Shown here: one piece after another, positions 28,970 through 44,745 of the stretch | How the letters are laid out: every line of letters starts with the position of its first letter | How positions within the stretch are numbered: position 1 is the stretch's first letter | From: Eledone cirrhosa | Lineage: Eukaryota | Length of the DNA stretch: 64,000 nucleotides | Direction: 5' to 3' | Assembly: GCA_964016885.1 (NCBI GenBank) | Contig: OZ024748.1 | Span: 45,880,001 to 45,944,000, forward strand | Made by a program: the position numbers and the translations under genes | Notes under the pieces: generated by a model | Databases searched by the model: none | Seen by the model: the letters and a program-made list of their open reading frames with translations, nothing else | Told to the model about the DNA's origin: nothing

Positions 28970-29525
28970 CTTAACCACCTTGACCGACCAGTCTGTCGGG
29001 CGTCCATTCGGCGCCGCTGGTCACAGCACGGCGTCCATTCCTCTCTGGATCGTGCTTTCCTCATCCATGTAGTCCCAATCGTATTCTTCAAATCGTACTT
29101 CCACCCTCGTGGAGGCTTTCCGAGTGGTCGTTTCCGCTCGCGTGGGTACCACTCGGCAACTGCGCGGGTCCACCGATTATCGGTGAACCGGGCGACGTGT
29201 CCAGCCCATCTGAACTTGCTGCGCATATATTCAGTGATGACGTCCCTCACGCCGGACTTCTGTCTGATGACTTCGCTCCTGATGTGCTCTCTCAACGAGA
29301 TTCCTAGCATTGATCTCTCCATGGCTCTTTGAGCCGTTACCAGCCTCTGCTCTTCTCTCTTCGTTGTAGCCCAAGTTTCACTGCCATATGACATTGTAGG
29401 TAAAACTGTGCTATTGAAGAGGTTGGTGCGGGTGGTCAAGTCCAACCACCCTTTGAGCACATCACTTATGCCGTTGAACGCCTTCCATCCGGCCCTTACT
29501 CTCCGCGAGATCTTTCTCCGACAAC
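28966..29525 (-). mobile_element. RTE-clade LINE 3' fragment
   Basis: EISRRVRAGWKAF..VLPTMSYGSETW..QRAMERSMLG..RWAGHVAR..KRPLGKPPRGW. Confidence 0.88.
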
Positions 29526-29612
29526 GTACCAACAGGCGGAATGGTGGTTGGCGGTGAGGAAATAGAGGTGGAGGGATAAGTCTATCTGGGATAAGTGAAC
29601 ATGCACCGAGAC

Positions 29613-29644
<32 letters not shown>

Positions 29645-29645
<1 letters not shown>

Positions 29646-29768
29646 AAAGGTAAACAGAAATAACAACACAATCGGTACAGTATATGGAAGGTATATATTA
29701 GGTTAACGCTTGATATAGCAGGAAGAGGGTCTGAACGTTTCGGACGCTAGTCCTTTATCAGAAGAAAG
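29645..29768 (-). mobile_element. pLTR fragment with hammerhead variant (CTGATAA core, 29730-29765)
   Basis: Homologous to 38090-38220. Confidence 0.65.
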
Positions 29769-29872
<104 letters not shown>

Positions 29873-30413
29873 CGCGTGTTTTCAAGTTTGGCATTGTTCT
29901 TTACATAAAATGGCTTATTGACAACTAACGCTTATATTCAGATTTTTGGCGGGAATTTCTTGTTAATGTGTTCCTAATCAATGGTAAGTTTTTAAGGACT
30001 TCCTCCCTCCATGGAGGGCGGTCACGTTTCACTACATGTGGGATACTGCTACATTTGTGACAGTAGCGACTGGACATTTATGAGTCGTTCATATAATACT
30101 TTCCATTCATAGGAGGCGAACTCCTACTGAAGACGTGCATCCACACCATGTGATGTAACATCTGCAGATATTATATATCTACTGTTAATAGGGTTTGCAG
30201 GTCGAAATATGCATCACAGACAGGCCCACAGAAACTGCTTAACAGTCGAGGTTTATGTGTTATACAAATACTATTACCCACATGTAGTCATTTATCTTAC
30301 TGATTAAAGTTTGTGTACCACAAACGTTAATATGTCATTGCATTGGGAAGAGAAAGCTGGTTCTCTACCGATTGTTCAATAAAATCAATATATATTTACG
30401 TATGCATTGTATA

Positions 30414-30811
30414 TATATTGAAAAGATAACAAAGACGATTGATTACTCCTTCATTACATTTATGGGTTGGTGACGCGCGTTCCGCCAATGATCAGCTGAA
30501 GATTCGGTCTGTATCAATCTGACCCGACTCTGTAATCTGCAGCTCGACGGACCCCTTAAAATGCTAGTAGAAAAAGGGTCCGTCGAGTTGCAGATTACAG
30601 AGTCGGTGAGATCGATACAGATCGAACCTTGGGCTGATCAGTGGCGAAACGCGCGTCACCAACCAATAAATGTAATGAAGAAGTAATCAATCGTCCTTGT
30701 TATCTTTTCAATATAATACATTCTGTATAGCTGTACACCTCGACACAGAAGTGAGCCTAAACATCGAGTGCTCACCTGGGTGAACCTACAGTAACTCCAA
30801 GTTACACTCCC

Positions 30812-30812
<1 letters not shown>
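30414..30812 (+). mobile_element. Fold-back pLTR carrying a hammerhead 3' half (GAAACGCGCGTC); collapsed relative at 49463-49655
   Basis: ~140-bp inverted arms centred ~30565, then a tail ending in (TA)n. Confidence 0.7.
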
Positions 30813-30910
<98 letters not shown>

Positions 30911-30911
30911 T

Positions 30912-33452
30912 TATGCTGTAGTTAAGAAAATCAAGACCACAAGCTCACATAGAAGACATTAGTCGAACAGTATCAGCATTAGGTGCAGTTTAATATAAAA
31001 AAAGTGGATCAAATGTCAGTTTACAATTATTTCAGTACTCCATATAATTTGATATCACAATGGGCTCTAGCGACTCTGCGCAAGTCACGGACTTAGTTGG
31101 TATCTACCTCTTACATAACATTAAGGCTGAGCTCCCAACTTTGCAAGGTGGATTATATAGGGACGCCCTATTTGCAGTCCGCATAGGGACGCCCTATTTG
31201 CAGTCCACAACTGCACGAATCGCAGCATCGACTTGCTCAAAAAACAACTACATAGATTCTTTAAAAATAACGGTCTATCTATTACCATCGAACCTAACCA
31301 TAGGTTAGTGAATTTCCTAGATGTCACCCGTGATCTTACTAACAAGTCATATTACCCATATCATAAACCAGATGAGATACTTACTTATATTAGCCTGCAC
31401 TCCTCTAACTACCCACCGGCAGTCACCAGAGAGGTCATTAATCCTATCTCATATAGGATTTCTATGCTATCCGCCAATGAGGAGATATTTAATGCCCATG
31501 CAGCATATTAATAATAAGGCCCTTTCTGAATCTGGTTATACACAATCTATCTACTGCATACATAAAGGCCACAACACAGAATTTCACCACAAACCCAATT
31601 ACTTTAACACTAGAACTAGAAACACATTAGCATTTAGCCAGATTTACCGGAAATTTAGGCCCACCAATACCTATACAAATAATCGTAACAGTGGCAGAGG
31701 CCGACTCCCTACTTCTAGTAGCAGATTCAGAATCAATCCTAGAATACGAAAGAATAATAGGCTGACCATTAGCAAGCACCTTGGCAATAATAATCCTATC
31801 AATGCCCCTGCCAATTCTTCTAGACCCCACAAAAGTAACAGGCCTAGAAAAATGCCCTGGCTTGACCCCCCTCTCTCATCTAATTTAGCTACTAACATCC
31901 CTAAACGCTTCTTCTCCATCCTATATAAACATTTCCCCCAACCATAGATATTACAAACTCTTTAGTAAAAACAATATTAGAATCTCCTTCTCCACCTCAC
32001 CGAACTTACCTAGCCACATCGCATTTAGCAACCATCATAAAGTAAAAAAATATACCCCCCCCTATGAGTACACCATGCAACCACACCAATACTCATCCTA
32101 TAGCAGAACTCCCCCTCCAATCCCATTAGTACACACCAGCAGCACAGCTCAAACAACCCTGCTCTTACTAATCGCAATCCTAATTGCAACTGCCATAACC
32201 ATACTGCATGCCCGCTTAACGGGCAGTGTCTTACGCCCAATATCGTTTATAGGTGCATCGTTAGAACGGCCTCATCTACTGGCTCCTATATTGTCTCTAC
32301 ATCTAACCCATTTAAGATTCGCTATAACGCGCACTCATTTTCCTTCCGTGACCCTGGCCATAGATGCTCTACTTCTCTAGTTAGGCTCATTAAAAACCAT
32401 AATCTGGCTAACATTGAACACTCACTAACTTGGGTTATCTTGGCTAGATCTCCAGCGTTTAACGGGAGAAGAAATTGTTGTGATCTCTGTCTCACCGAGG
32501 CCTTTCACATAACTCTGTCAAGGCCACTCCCCATCAATCACATGAATAAGTTGGTCATCAACTGCCACCACCGCAGAGCAAGCTCCTTCGCTAACAGAAT
32601 ATTCGACCCACCTTAGCATTTCATTTAATCACGCTCCTCCCTATAACTAACAAACTAAAGCATATTTAGTCCACCACATAAACACCTATAAGTTACCTCC
32701 CTCACATTATCTTAGTCACATATCTCATTATGACTTTACCTATAAGCTACATCCCTCGGATTATCTTAGTTACAACTCTCATTGTCGCTTTTAGCTCTTG
32801 AAGGAGTTACCTCCCTTGAAACACATCTCTGTACAATAAGGTAATTTCCCTACAAGAAGCCATCTTGTTGTGCGATAGCCGGCATTGTTTACGTTCAGCC
32901 TCGATAGATATGTAATGTTTCTTTATACCATATACTTGAGTTGTCCAGTGCCAGGGACCCCTCTAGGGACATGCTAATCTGACGATTATTTACGGACACG
33001 TAACCCTCTTATTTTATTTTATTTTTATTTCTACTTTATACATATTAATATTTTCATTATCTAATTTCAAGTTCTGAAGAGCTGCTCCATAATATTATTT
33101 TATGTTAATGATCTTTCTCTGCACCAAATCAATAACGATATTACCATCGATTGATCCAGAAACATTATATGGAGTAGTGAAACAATTGTAAACTGACATT
33201 TTATCCTGTTTTATTTTTATATTAAACTGCACCTAATGGTGATACTCTTCGACTAATGTCTTCTATGCTTAACTACTGAATATTTCCATCTCTGTACACC
33301 TAACCTCCGCATGAACCCAGTTTTCCAACTGCTTTCCACTGAATATTGCACATCGAGCACCAGCTTCTAAGCTTTGGCGTCTAATACCTTCACCAATCTC
33401 TCGTATCCTATCAATATCTCTCCATTTAAAATTGGTTTACTCTTGAACTGTC
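30912..33452 (+). mobile_element. Degenerate PLE with a short inverted 5' pLTR piece; coding remnant 31048-32616
   Basis: FDITMGSSDSAQVTDLVG, GGLYRD, VNFLDVT, WLDPPLS, CNC..CPL..CL, IVYRC, CDLCLTE. Frameshifted. 30915-31047 is inverted to 33165-33280. Confidence 0.87.
33070..33194 (+). ncRNA. Hammerhead with a 76-nt stem II loop
   Basis: agtt-CTGAAGA-gctgctccata..tatggagtagt-GAA-acaattgt-A-aact. Confidence 0.75.
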
Positions 33453-33507
33453 TATATATTTATATATAAAGATGCATATATATATACATGTATATATATA
33501 TATATAC

Positions 33508-33549
<42 letters not shown>

Positions 33550-33609
33550 GTATATATATACACATGTATATATACATATACGTGTGCATATATATATATA
33601 TATTTATTT

Positions 33610-34063
33610 AGGTTTGTTCGTTCACCACTGGATAGAATTGGTCATTCCGTATGGTGAATCTTGATGTAATATTATGGAGAGTACTCAACGTAATGCAGCT
33701 CACCCGTCTTCGTTTGTGTAGTTGGTGGTGCGAGTACGGAGTTAATTATTATAAAATAACAGGAGGCTGGACTTGTGTAAATCCTTGAAAGGTTTATTAT
33801 ACTATGATCATCTCAATGACCGAGTTCCGTATGAATCCGGTGATACCATCAGGTATTCGCCCTCGAGGGCGACCGACTAAAGTAGAAGAAGCTAGATGGT
33901 CGATCGTCCTCTTGTCTATGATTTACAGCCCCATGGATGTTATATTCCTTTGTTATATTTTCGAATACCTGATGATATCACCGGTTTCATACGGAACCCG
34001 GTCATTGAAATGATCATAGTTTAATAAACCTTTCAAGGATTTACACAAGTCCAGCCTCCTGTT
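33610..34063 (-). mobile_element. pLTR with ~100-bp inverted copy; hammerhead at 33964-34022 (+)
   Basis: Arms 33758-33859 and 33962-34063. CTGATGA..accggtttc/gaacccggt..GAA-atgatcat-A. Confidence 0.7.
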
Positions 34064-34112
34064 GCAACGTTTTTTGAAATATTCACATTTGCGTTAACAG
34101 ATTGACTTTGTT

Positions 34113-34163
34113 AGTTTCAGAAGATCCCGTTAAGGGTGAAAGCAGCGATTCTTTGCTTAAACT
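34113..34163 (+). ncRNA. Hammerhead variant (CAGAAGA core); same family as 61040-61260 and 27502-27571
   Basis: agttt-CAGAAGA-tcccgttaagggt-GAA-agca..tgct-T-aaact. Confidence 0.6.
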
Positions 34164-35282
34164 TTAATCTGTTATTTTATAAATATATATATATATATCG
34201 TATTCAACTTGATTGTGTTGGGGTTGGTAACTATCTACCTAACTACGTCTGACTTCTGTCTTTTTCTCATTGTGTTATGTACACACACACGCACACGCAC
34301 ATCCACACACACACAAACGCACACACAAACACACACAAACACACACACACACGCACACACACACACACACGCACACACACACACACACACATACACAAAT
34401 ATATATATATTGTATACGTGCATATCCACACATATATCACATATGTACGTTTTTATATTCTACAGTTTGACTAGGAAATAAATATCTATATAGGTTTGAC
34501 CAATGCATTCCCTCACATTTATCTATACTAATTTTTATGTGTGCATGTCTGTGTGTGTTTGTATGTGTATGTGAATATGTGTGTGTGACTGTGCTGGTGA
34601 GTGTGTGTATTTGGATGTGTGTGTGTGTGTGCTTATCTGCGTGTGTTTGTGTGTGTGTGTGCGTGTGTGAGTGTACAAAATATACGAGTGTAGCCAAATA
34701 CTGTTGTAATGACTAAAACCACTGCATATTAAAACAACAATGCCTGTCAATACCTGTCAGGGTTATTGATGTCTACTGATCTATCGATCTGTCCTCTATC
34801 AATCTATTGATCTATCCTATCCATAAAGAACACACAGACATAAGCAACAGTTTGCTGAAGAATCGAATGTGAATCGAAGTGATAATAGAAAAGAAAGGTG
34901 TCAATCTACGACATAATTTGAAAAAAAAAGAGAAAAAAACCCAAAATCAATTCACCGTAGTATCGATACTTCTATTGGTTTATTGAAATCAATTTTCTAA
35001 GTAGAGATTAAAGACCCGAGTTATGTCACGTGGTTTAGACGTTAGGGCGTTCGGCTCAGTATCGTATAGTTCCATTGATGGACTGTACTTGACACTTCCT
35101 AACATGCCGTACTCTTTCTGGTTCTGTGAAGCCCACCTTCGCACAATGTGTACGGCGTTAGTTAGTAATTTGTCCAAGAGCCCCAAAGATAACAGAAACA
35201 AATCTAAAGGTATAGTCATGGTGGACAATCTGCAGCTTCCAAATTCATTCAGCATAAATATCGTCTTTTTCATTAATCTTTA

Positions 35283-35490
35283 GCAGTATCGATGGAGCAT
35301 CCGACAACATGCTTTATACAATAGAATTACAGCCGTTTGCGTTGTGAGTTCAAATCGCGCTGAGGTTAGCTTTGCCTTTCATCCTTCCGGGATCGATAAA
35401 ATAAAGTACCAGTAACACACTGGAGTCGATTTAATCGATAAACCCCTCTCTCAAAAGGGTTGGTCTTGTGCCTAAATCAAAAATCATTAT
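35283..35490 (+). mobile_element. tRNA-derived SINE
   Basis: gagttcaaatc..ctttgcctttcatccttccggg..aaagtaccagt..gtcgatttaatcga. Confidence 0.75.
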
Positions 35491-36070
35491 ATGGATAGCT
35501 CACTTCCACTCTTTTTCAGTTTTTATTTCTCTGTCCCATATCATTATGTTTCCATTTTATTGGAGTTTTTACTGGAGCATTCCACCAGTAATCTTTCTAT
35601 TATGTATAGATATGTCCTTTATACAGCTGTAACGTTTTATATATTTATTGCAGGGCTAATCTTTCTATAGATTACATTGTGTAGTGTTTTGGCTATAGCA
35701 TCATGCCCCATACTTCATACTACTGTGAAAACTACTATGGATATCTGCTTATGATATGGCCCACATCTGCAATGTTATTTCCTTACAGCCTGCATCTGTA
35801 TTCACATGTATGTATGCATGTATGTCTACATGTATGTATTCATATATGTATGCATGTATATATGTATGCATGCATGTATGTGTCTATGTATTTATCCATG
35901 CATGCATGTATTTATGTATGTATGCATATATTTATGTATTATGTATGTGTTTGTATTTATGTAAGTGCGTGTACATATAGAGATATGTGCATACATATAC
36001 ACATATGTACTATATATGCAAACATATATATGTAGGTATGTATGCATCTACATTCCTTTCTCTCTCTATA

Positions 36071-36114
<44 letters not shown>

Positions 36115-36232
36115 TATATACATACATACACAATACATACATATATATATAGATATACCTATATATATATATATACATAAATATACATATATATAGATAT
36201 ACATATATATATATACATAATTATATACATAC

Positions 36233-36293
<61 letters not shown>

Positions 36294-36567
36294 CATATAT
36301 ATACATACACATATACACACATACACACACACATATATATATATATATACACATACATATACATACATACATATATATACATATATACATATATACATAT
36401 ATATATAGATTACCTATATATATATATATATACATAAATTTACATATATATAGATATACATATATATATACAGACATAAATATATACATACATATATATA
36501 CATATATATATATATATACATACATATATATATATATATAAATATATGTATATACATATATATACAT

Positions 36568-36702
<135 letters not shown>

Positions 36703-37378
36703 CATACATCCTTATATACATATATACATATATTTATCTAATATCTATAAAGAGGTTTATATACACTTTATGTGTTATATTTATCTGTTTCTATTGTTTT
36801 CATAGTCTTCAATTGTTTTTCTTTCCTTTTTCACAGGAGAACTCCACACTGAATGTAAAAGACTATAAAACACTATTGTATTATTATCTCCCTCTTCAGG
36901 CAGTTCCGCCATATTATATATAATTTCTGGTTATATTTACGAGCTAATTTAGCTTCCCTGCAAATGGCTCATGCAAATAGCAGCTAGTAGAGTTGTAATA
37001 TGTATGGATGCACAGAAAAGATATATTTCAGTCAAATTGTTTGTTCGTAAATTCGGAAGACGGCAAGCGAATGCCTTGTGATATATTTTAATTTGTTGCT
37101 CTGTATAAATAGTCTTTTTCTTCTCTACATATTCCTATGCATGTTACTTTCCCGCTACGCCTATATATCTTTCTTTATAATTTCTCACGAGAATCAGTAA
37201 TAATGCAGAAATCTTCATAATGCTGATATAGTTTATATGTTGGTTTAATATGTATTTGAAAAAAACATCTTGAGTACGAAATTATATATAATATCAATCT
37301 AAACTGGACACACGAATAAATCTAGTGTATACACACAACACACACACATATATATATATATGTATATATATATATGTA

Positions 37379-38090
<712 letters not shown>

Positions 38091-38175
38091 AAAAGGTAAA
38101 CAGCAATAACAACACAATCGATACAGTATAAGGAAAGTACATATTAGGTTAACGCTTGATATAGCAGGAAGCGGG

Positions 38176-38211
38176 TCTTAACGTTTCGGACGCTAGTCCT
38201 TCATCAGAAGA
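38176..38211 (-). ncRNA. Minimal type I hammerhead
   Basis: tctt-CTGATGA-aggactagcgtcc-GAA-acgt-T-aaga. Confidence 0.72.
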
Positions 38212-38553
38212 AAGAATGAGAAATAAAATAGATTAAGGGGACGGGCGGGATGGAAGTGGAAAAAAGGTCTTTAGTTAAAAATAATAGGTCCATTTATGTT
38301 GACATCTCTTGCAAAACTGTTGGTGCTGGCGTTTTGTGTATGATTTGTTTCTTAGAAAAGTGGATGATGGCGCACATCTCCCTATATCTGAATGGATGCA
38401 GTAAAAACCTGGTAGACCATTATTTAACAGAGCACTCGATATTTGGGGTAGGAGATTTCGGAATTAGCAGTTGATACGGCAGGAGCTCAGCCGTTAGGGT
38501 CCCGACTCCTTCATATATATATTTATATATACATATATATACATATAATATAT

Positions 38554-38584
<31 letters not shown>

Positions 38585-38776
38585 CCGTATGTGGTTGACG
38601 GCTGAAAGAAAGGAATACTCAATACCTATGTAAAGATTAGATTTAATATTCAATATTATTAACACTAATAAGTGAGTCTTGTTACACTGGAATTTCGTCT
38701 GTTTATCAGAGGGTCATGACTCTGTGAGTCATGACCCTCTGATAAACAGGTGAGACTCCTGAGAAACAAGACTAGG
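38585..38776 (-). mobile_element. Fold-back pLTR-like fragment
   Basis: 24-bp perfect arms at 38699-38722 and 38726-38749. The tail contains gtattgagtat. Confidence 0.5.
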
Positions 38777-38794
38777 AGGGATAGAATATATTAC

Positions 38795-38872
38795 ACCACC
38801 ATGCCTGGTAATCGAACACGCGACCTTATAATCGTGAGCTCAGCACACTAACAACTAAGCTACACGGTTCAC
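38795..38872 (-). mobile_element. tRNA-derived SINE head
   Basis: tagcttagttgttag A-box and tgttcgattacc B-box-like. Confidence 0.5.
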
Positions 38873-39177
38873 TAACCTGTTTTTTTACTTGTTGTTATTT
38901 TGTTTGTGGGAGGGGGGGGGGTTCCTAGAAGATTGATCTTTGATTAATAGTCGTTTCTTTTAATTTTTTTCTCTCTCAAAGCATGTCCAATCTGAATTAA
39001 TCTCAACAATGTACAGTCTTTACTCTCTTATCAGCTGAAAAAGTCTGGGGCTATATAAACATGAGAAAGACGGCGAAGAAGAAAAGAAAAAGAAGAACAA
39101 CAAAAATGACGACGACAATAACAACAACAACAACTATAACCGACGGCGACAAGAAGAAAAAGAAGAAGAAGAAGAAG

Positions 39178-39574
39178 AACAACAACAACAACAACAACAA
39201 CAATAACAACTATAACCGACAACAACAACAACACCAACAACAACAACAACAGTAACAACTATAACCGACAACAACAACAACAACAACACCAACAACAATA
39301 ACAACTATAACCGACAACAACAACAACAACACCAACAACAATAACAACTATAACCGACAACAACAACAACACCAACAACAACAACAACAATAACAACTAT
39401 AACCGACAACAACAACAACAACAACACCAACAACAATAACAACTATAACCGACAACAACAACATCAACAACAATAACAACTATAACCGACAACAACACCA
39501 ACAACAACAACAACAATAACAACTATAACCGACAACAACAACAACAACACCGACAACAATAACAACTATAACCG

Positions 39575-39617
<43 letters not shown>

Positions 39618-40323
39618 CTATAACCGACAACAACAACAACACCAACAACAACAACAACAATAACAACTATAACCGACAACAACAACAACAACAACACCAA
39701 CAACAATAACAACTATAACCGACAACAACAACATCAACAACAATAACAACTATAACCGACAACAACAACAACAACAACAATAACAACTATAACCGACAAC
39801 AACAACAACAACACCAACAACAATAACAACTATAACCGACAACAACAACAACAACACCAACAACAACAACAATAACAACTATAACCGACAACAACAACAA
39901 CAACAACAACAACAATAACAACTATAACCGACAACAACAACAACACCAACAACAACAACAATAACAACAATAACCGACAACAACAACAACAACAACAACA
40001 ACAATAACAACTATAACCGACAGCAACAACAACACCAACAACAACAACAACAATAACAACTATAACCGACAACAACAACAACAACAACACCAACAACAAT
40101 AACAACTATAACCGACAACAACAACAACAACAACAATAACAACTATAACCGACAACAACAACAACAACAACACCAACAACAATAACAACTATAACCGACA
40201 ACAACAACAACAACAACAATAACAACTATAACCGACAACAACAACAACAACAACAACAACAATAACAACTATAACCGACAACAACAACAACACCAACAAC
40301 AACAACAATAACAACAATAACCG

Positions 40324-40355
<32 letters not shown>

Positions 40356-40918
40356 AACAACTATAACCGACAACAACAACAACAACAACAACAACAATAA
40401 CAACTATAACCGACAGCAACAACAACACCAACAACAACAACAATAACAACTATAACCGACAACAACAACAACAACACCAACAACAACAACAATAACAACA
40501 ATAACCGACAACAACAACAACAACAACAACAACAATAACAACTATAACCGACAGCAACAACAACACCAACAACAACAACAACAATAACAACTATAACCGA
40601 CAACAACAACAACAACACCAACAACAATAACAACTATAACCGACAACAACAACAACACCAACAACAACAACAATAACAACAATAACCGACAACAACAACA
40701 ACAACAACAACAACAATAACAACTATAACCGACAGCAACAACAACACCAACACCAACAACAACAATAACAACTATAACCGACAACAACAACAACAACAAC
40801 AACAACAATAACAACTATAACCGACAGCAACAACAACACCAACAACAACAACAATAACAACTATAACCGACAACAACAACAACAACACCAACAACAACAA
40901 CAATAACAACTATAACCG

Positions 40919-40950
<32 letters not shown>

Positions 40951-41375
40951 AACAACTATAACCGACAACAACAACAACACCAACACCAACAACAATAACA
41001 ACAATAACCGACAACAACAACAACAACAACAACAATAACAACTATAACCGACAGCAACAACAACACCAACAACAACAACAACAATAACAACTATAACCGA
41101 CAACAACAACAACAACAACAACAACAATAACAACTATAACCGACAGCAACAACAACACCAACAACAACAACAATAACAACTATAACCGACAACAACAACA
41201 ACAACACCAACAACAACAACAATAACAACTATAACCGACAACAACAACAACAACAACAACAACAATAACAACTATAACCGACAGCAACAACAACACCAAC
41301 AACAACAACAATAACAACTATAACCGACAACAACAACAACAACACCAACAACAACAACAATAACAACTATAACCG

Positions 41376-41407
<32 letters not shown>

Positions 41408-42191
41408 AACAACTATAACCGACAACAACAACAACAACACCAACAACAACAACAATAACAACTATAACCGACAACAACAACAACAACAACAACAACAATA
41501 ACAACTATAACCGACAACAACAACAACACCAACAACAACAACAATAACAACAATAACCGACAACAACAACAACAACAACAACAACAATAACAACTATAAC
41601 CGACAGCAACAACAACACCAACAACAACAACAACAATAACAACTATAACCGACAACAACAACAACAACAACAACAACAATAACAACTATAACCGACAGCA
41701 ACAACAACACCAACAACAACAACAATAACAACTATAACCGACAACAACAACAACAACACCAACAACAACAACAATAACAACTATAACCGACAACAACAAC
41801 AACACCAACAACAACAACAATAACAACTATAACCGACAGCAACAACAACACCAACAACAACAACAACAATAACAACTATAACCGACAACAACAACAACAA
41901 CAACACCAACAACAATAACAACTATAACCGACAACAACAACAACAACAACAATAACAACTATAACCGACAACAACAACAACAACAACACCAACAACAATA
42001 ACAACAATAACCGACAACAACAACAACACCAACAACAACAACAATAACAACTATAACCGACAGCAACAACAACACCAACAACAACAACAACAATAACAAC
42101 TATAACCGACAACAACAACAACAACAACACCAACAACAATAACAACTATAACCGACAACAACAACAACAACAACAATAACAACTATAACCG

Positions 42192-42226
<35 letters not shown>

Positions 42227-42595
42227 AACAACTATAACCGACAACAACAACAACAACACCAACAACAATAACAACTATAACCGACAACAACAACAACAAC
42301 ACCAACAACAATAACAACTATAACCGACAACAACAACAACACCAACAACAACAACAATAACAACTATAACCGACAACAACAACAACAACAACAATAACAA
42401 CTATAACCGACAACAACAACAACAACAACAATAACAACTATAACCGACAACAACAACAACAACAACAATAACAACTATAACCGACAACAACAACAACAAC
42501 ACCAACAACAATAACAACTATAACCGACAACAACAACAACAACACCAACAACAATAACAACTATAACCGACAACAACAATAACAACTATAACCGG
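39178..42595. repeat. 3.4-kb compound satellite: variable (CAA)n runs separated by constant TAACAACTATAACCGA
   Basis: Direct inspection. Confidence 0.97.
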
Positions 42596-42639
42596 CAACA
42601 ATAAGAACAACAATAACAACACCAATAGCAGCAGTAACA

Positions 42640-43230
42640 ACAACAACAACAACAGTAAACAACAGCAACATCATAATCAACAACAACTACTCCAACAACA
42701 CTAACAACAACAACAACAACAGCAACAGTAACAACAACAACAGCAGTAGCAACAACACTAGCAACATCATAATCGTTAACAACTACTCCAACAACAACAG
42801 CAACAGCAGCAATGACAGCAGCAACAACAACAACAGCAGTAGCAACAGCAGTAGCAACATCATAATCGTTAACAACTACTCCAACAACAACAGCAACAGC
42901 AGCAATGACAGCAGCAACAACAACAACAGCAGTAGCAACAGCAGTAGCAACAGCAGTAGCAACATCATAATCGTTAACAACTACTCTAACAACAACAGCA
43001 GCAGCAGCAATGACAGCAGCAACAACAACAACAGCAGTAGCAACAGCAGTAGCAACAGCAATAGCAACATCATAATCGTTAACAACTACTCTAACAACAA
43101 CAGCAGCAGCAGCAATGACAGCAGCAACAACAACAACAGCAGTAGCAACAGCAGTAGCAACAGCAATAGCAACATCATAATCGTTAACAACTACTCTAAC
43201 AACAACAGCAGCAGCAACAATGGCAGCAGC
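42640..43230. repeat. CAA/CAG-rich minisatellite (~90-110-bp units) with CATCATAATCGTTAAC anchor
   Basis: The anchor recurs about 6 times. Confidence 0.85.
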
Positions 43231-43444
43231 AACCGGTAGGAGACCCAGAGTAGAGCCCGAGGCAGGTGGTCGGATAACATCCATGAGCTTGGATGGTCAC
43301 GCTTGGGGATCCAGCCGGAGCAGTTTGAGGCGGTTGCTTTTGACATGAATCTCTGAAAGGATTGAATGAGGAAACCGAGTCCCCGCACGAGCCCTCTCAG
43401 GAATAAGTGGGCGAAGAAGAAGAAGAAGAAGAAGAAGAAGAAGA
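43231..43444 (+). mobile_element. RTE-type LINE extreme 3' end with (GAA)n tail
   Basis: GRRPR..RGRWSDNIHELGWSRLGI-like translation followed by (GAA)n. Confidence 0.65.
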
Positions 43445-43598
43445 CGAGGCTTCACAACCATTTAGGTTTGGGTTCAGTTCTGTTGAAGATCTTGATAAAC
43501 ACCGAAGCTATTTTAGAAGTCACCTACCCAAGCTGCTAAGAAGAGTAACTAAACGGTTACCCCCTGCAAAGTGAATTCCTTAACCATGCATTCATTCC

Positions 43599-43982
43599 TG
43601 TACATATGTGCCCTTCACCTATACTGATAAATATTTTGTAGTGCAAATGATATAGCAAAATTGCTTAATAAGAATGATTAAACTTAGTGTAGTTAATTAG
43701 CTAAAACGGACACCACACACGCACGCACAAGAACAAGTCGGGCTGAGGAGGCCAAGCTCCTCAAATACCGGTCGCTCTCTGACAGGTTTGCGATAGTACC
43801 ACTGGCAGTGGAGACTTCTGGTGTCCTCGGCGCCAGGGCTACCTTCCTACTCACCACCATAGGCGCTGAGCTGGCCCCGTGAGTTGGAGTGGCTTTTCCA
43901 GCGCTTCTCCCTTGCCGTCCTCCGTGGGAACGCCTTCTCCAGCCTGTCCGCCGGGGCTGTGGGGGGCCCCCATCACGTAACA
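43599..43982 (-). mobile_element. Possible solo LTR
   Basis: TG...CA ends, TTCC on both flanks, GC-rich island. Confidence 0.35.
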
Positions 43983-44152
43983 TTCCATATTTAGGTATCC
44001 AGATTAATGGTTTTTATATACACACCACTTGTATTATAGTATAGCTAGACATAGTAAAGTATTTTGAATTTAACACGATAGCTTCTAACTCAACCTTAAA
44101 ACTATTGATCCACACACAAGGTAGCAGACGAATGAAAGTTATTTTGTTTGTT

Positions 44153-44480
44153 TTTACGGGGTCAATAAAATAAAGTTACAGTAAGGTATTGCTGATCGAT
44201 TTAATCGACTTTCCCCTCTCCCAGATTTGTCTAATTTCTGTCTAAATCGGAAACCATTAATTGGCAATATCGGTAGATCATCGGACAATATCATTTGTGA
44301 CATATAATTACGGCGCTTTACGTTCTGAGTTCCAATCCCGCTGAGTAGGTTAGTTTTGTCTTTCATCCTTACGGGGTTAATAAAATAAAGTACCAGTAAT
44401 ACACTGAGGTCGAATTAATCGACTTTCCCCTTCTCCAAAATTGTTGTCCTTGAGCCCAAATCCCAAAACCTTATCACAAA
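44153..44480 (+). mobile_element. Two tandem SINE copies (one 3' fragment, one near full length)
   Basis: tttacgttctgagttccaatcc..tttcatccttacgggg..aaagtaccagt..ttaatcgactttcccc. Confidence 0.72.
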
Positions 44481-44481
44481 T

Positions 44482-44604
44482 ATCATAACCATCAACAACA
44501 TCATCATCATCACGATCATCATCATTACTAGCATCATAACCATCAACAGCATCACCGGCATCATCATCATCATCATCACTAGCATCATAACCATCAACAA
44601 CAAC

Positions 44605-44654
<50 letters not shown>

Positions 44655-44745
44655 CTAGCATCATAACCATCAACGACATCACCAGCATCATCACCATCAT
44701 CATCATCATCATCATCATCACTATAATCATCATCATTATCATTAG
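44482..44745. repeat. (CAT)n-based compound repeat
   Basis: Direct repeat. Confidence 0.93.

Noticed and set aside
29880-30340. Possible decayed GIY-YIG coding remnant (also 38220-38450 and 62400-62700)
   Set aside because: Too degenerate to support by eye.
33758-34063. A-to-G editing signature between palindrome arms
   Set aside because: Only five differences of mixed types, so no directional bias can be shown.
34989-35283. Short ORFs on both strands in unique-looking sequence
   Set aside because: No recognisable motifs or splice structure.
36820-36923. Plus-strand splice acceptor and exon (similar candidates at ~4917 and ~39034)
   Set aside because: Acceptor-like signal only, with no convincing donor or recognisable peptide. 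RNA-seq is needed.
39178-42595. CRISPR-like repeat-spacer appearance
   Set aside because: The spacers are (CAA)n rather than unique sequence, there are no cas genes, and the DNA is eukaryotic.
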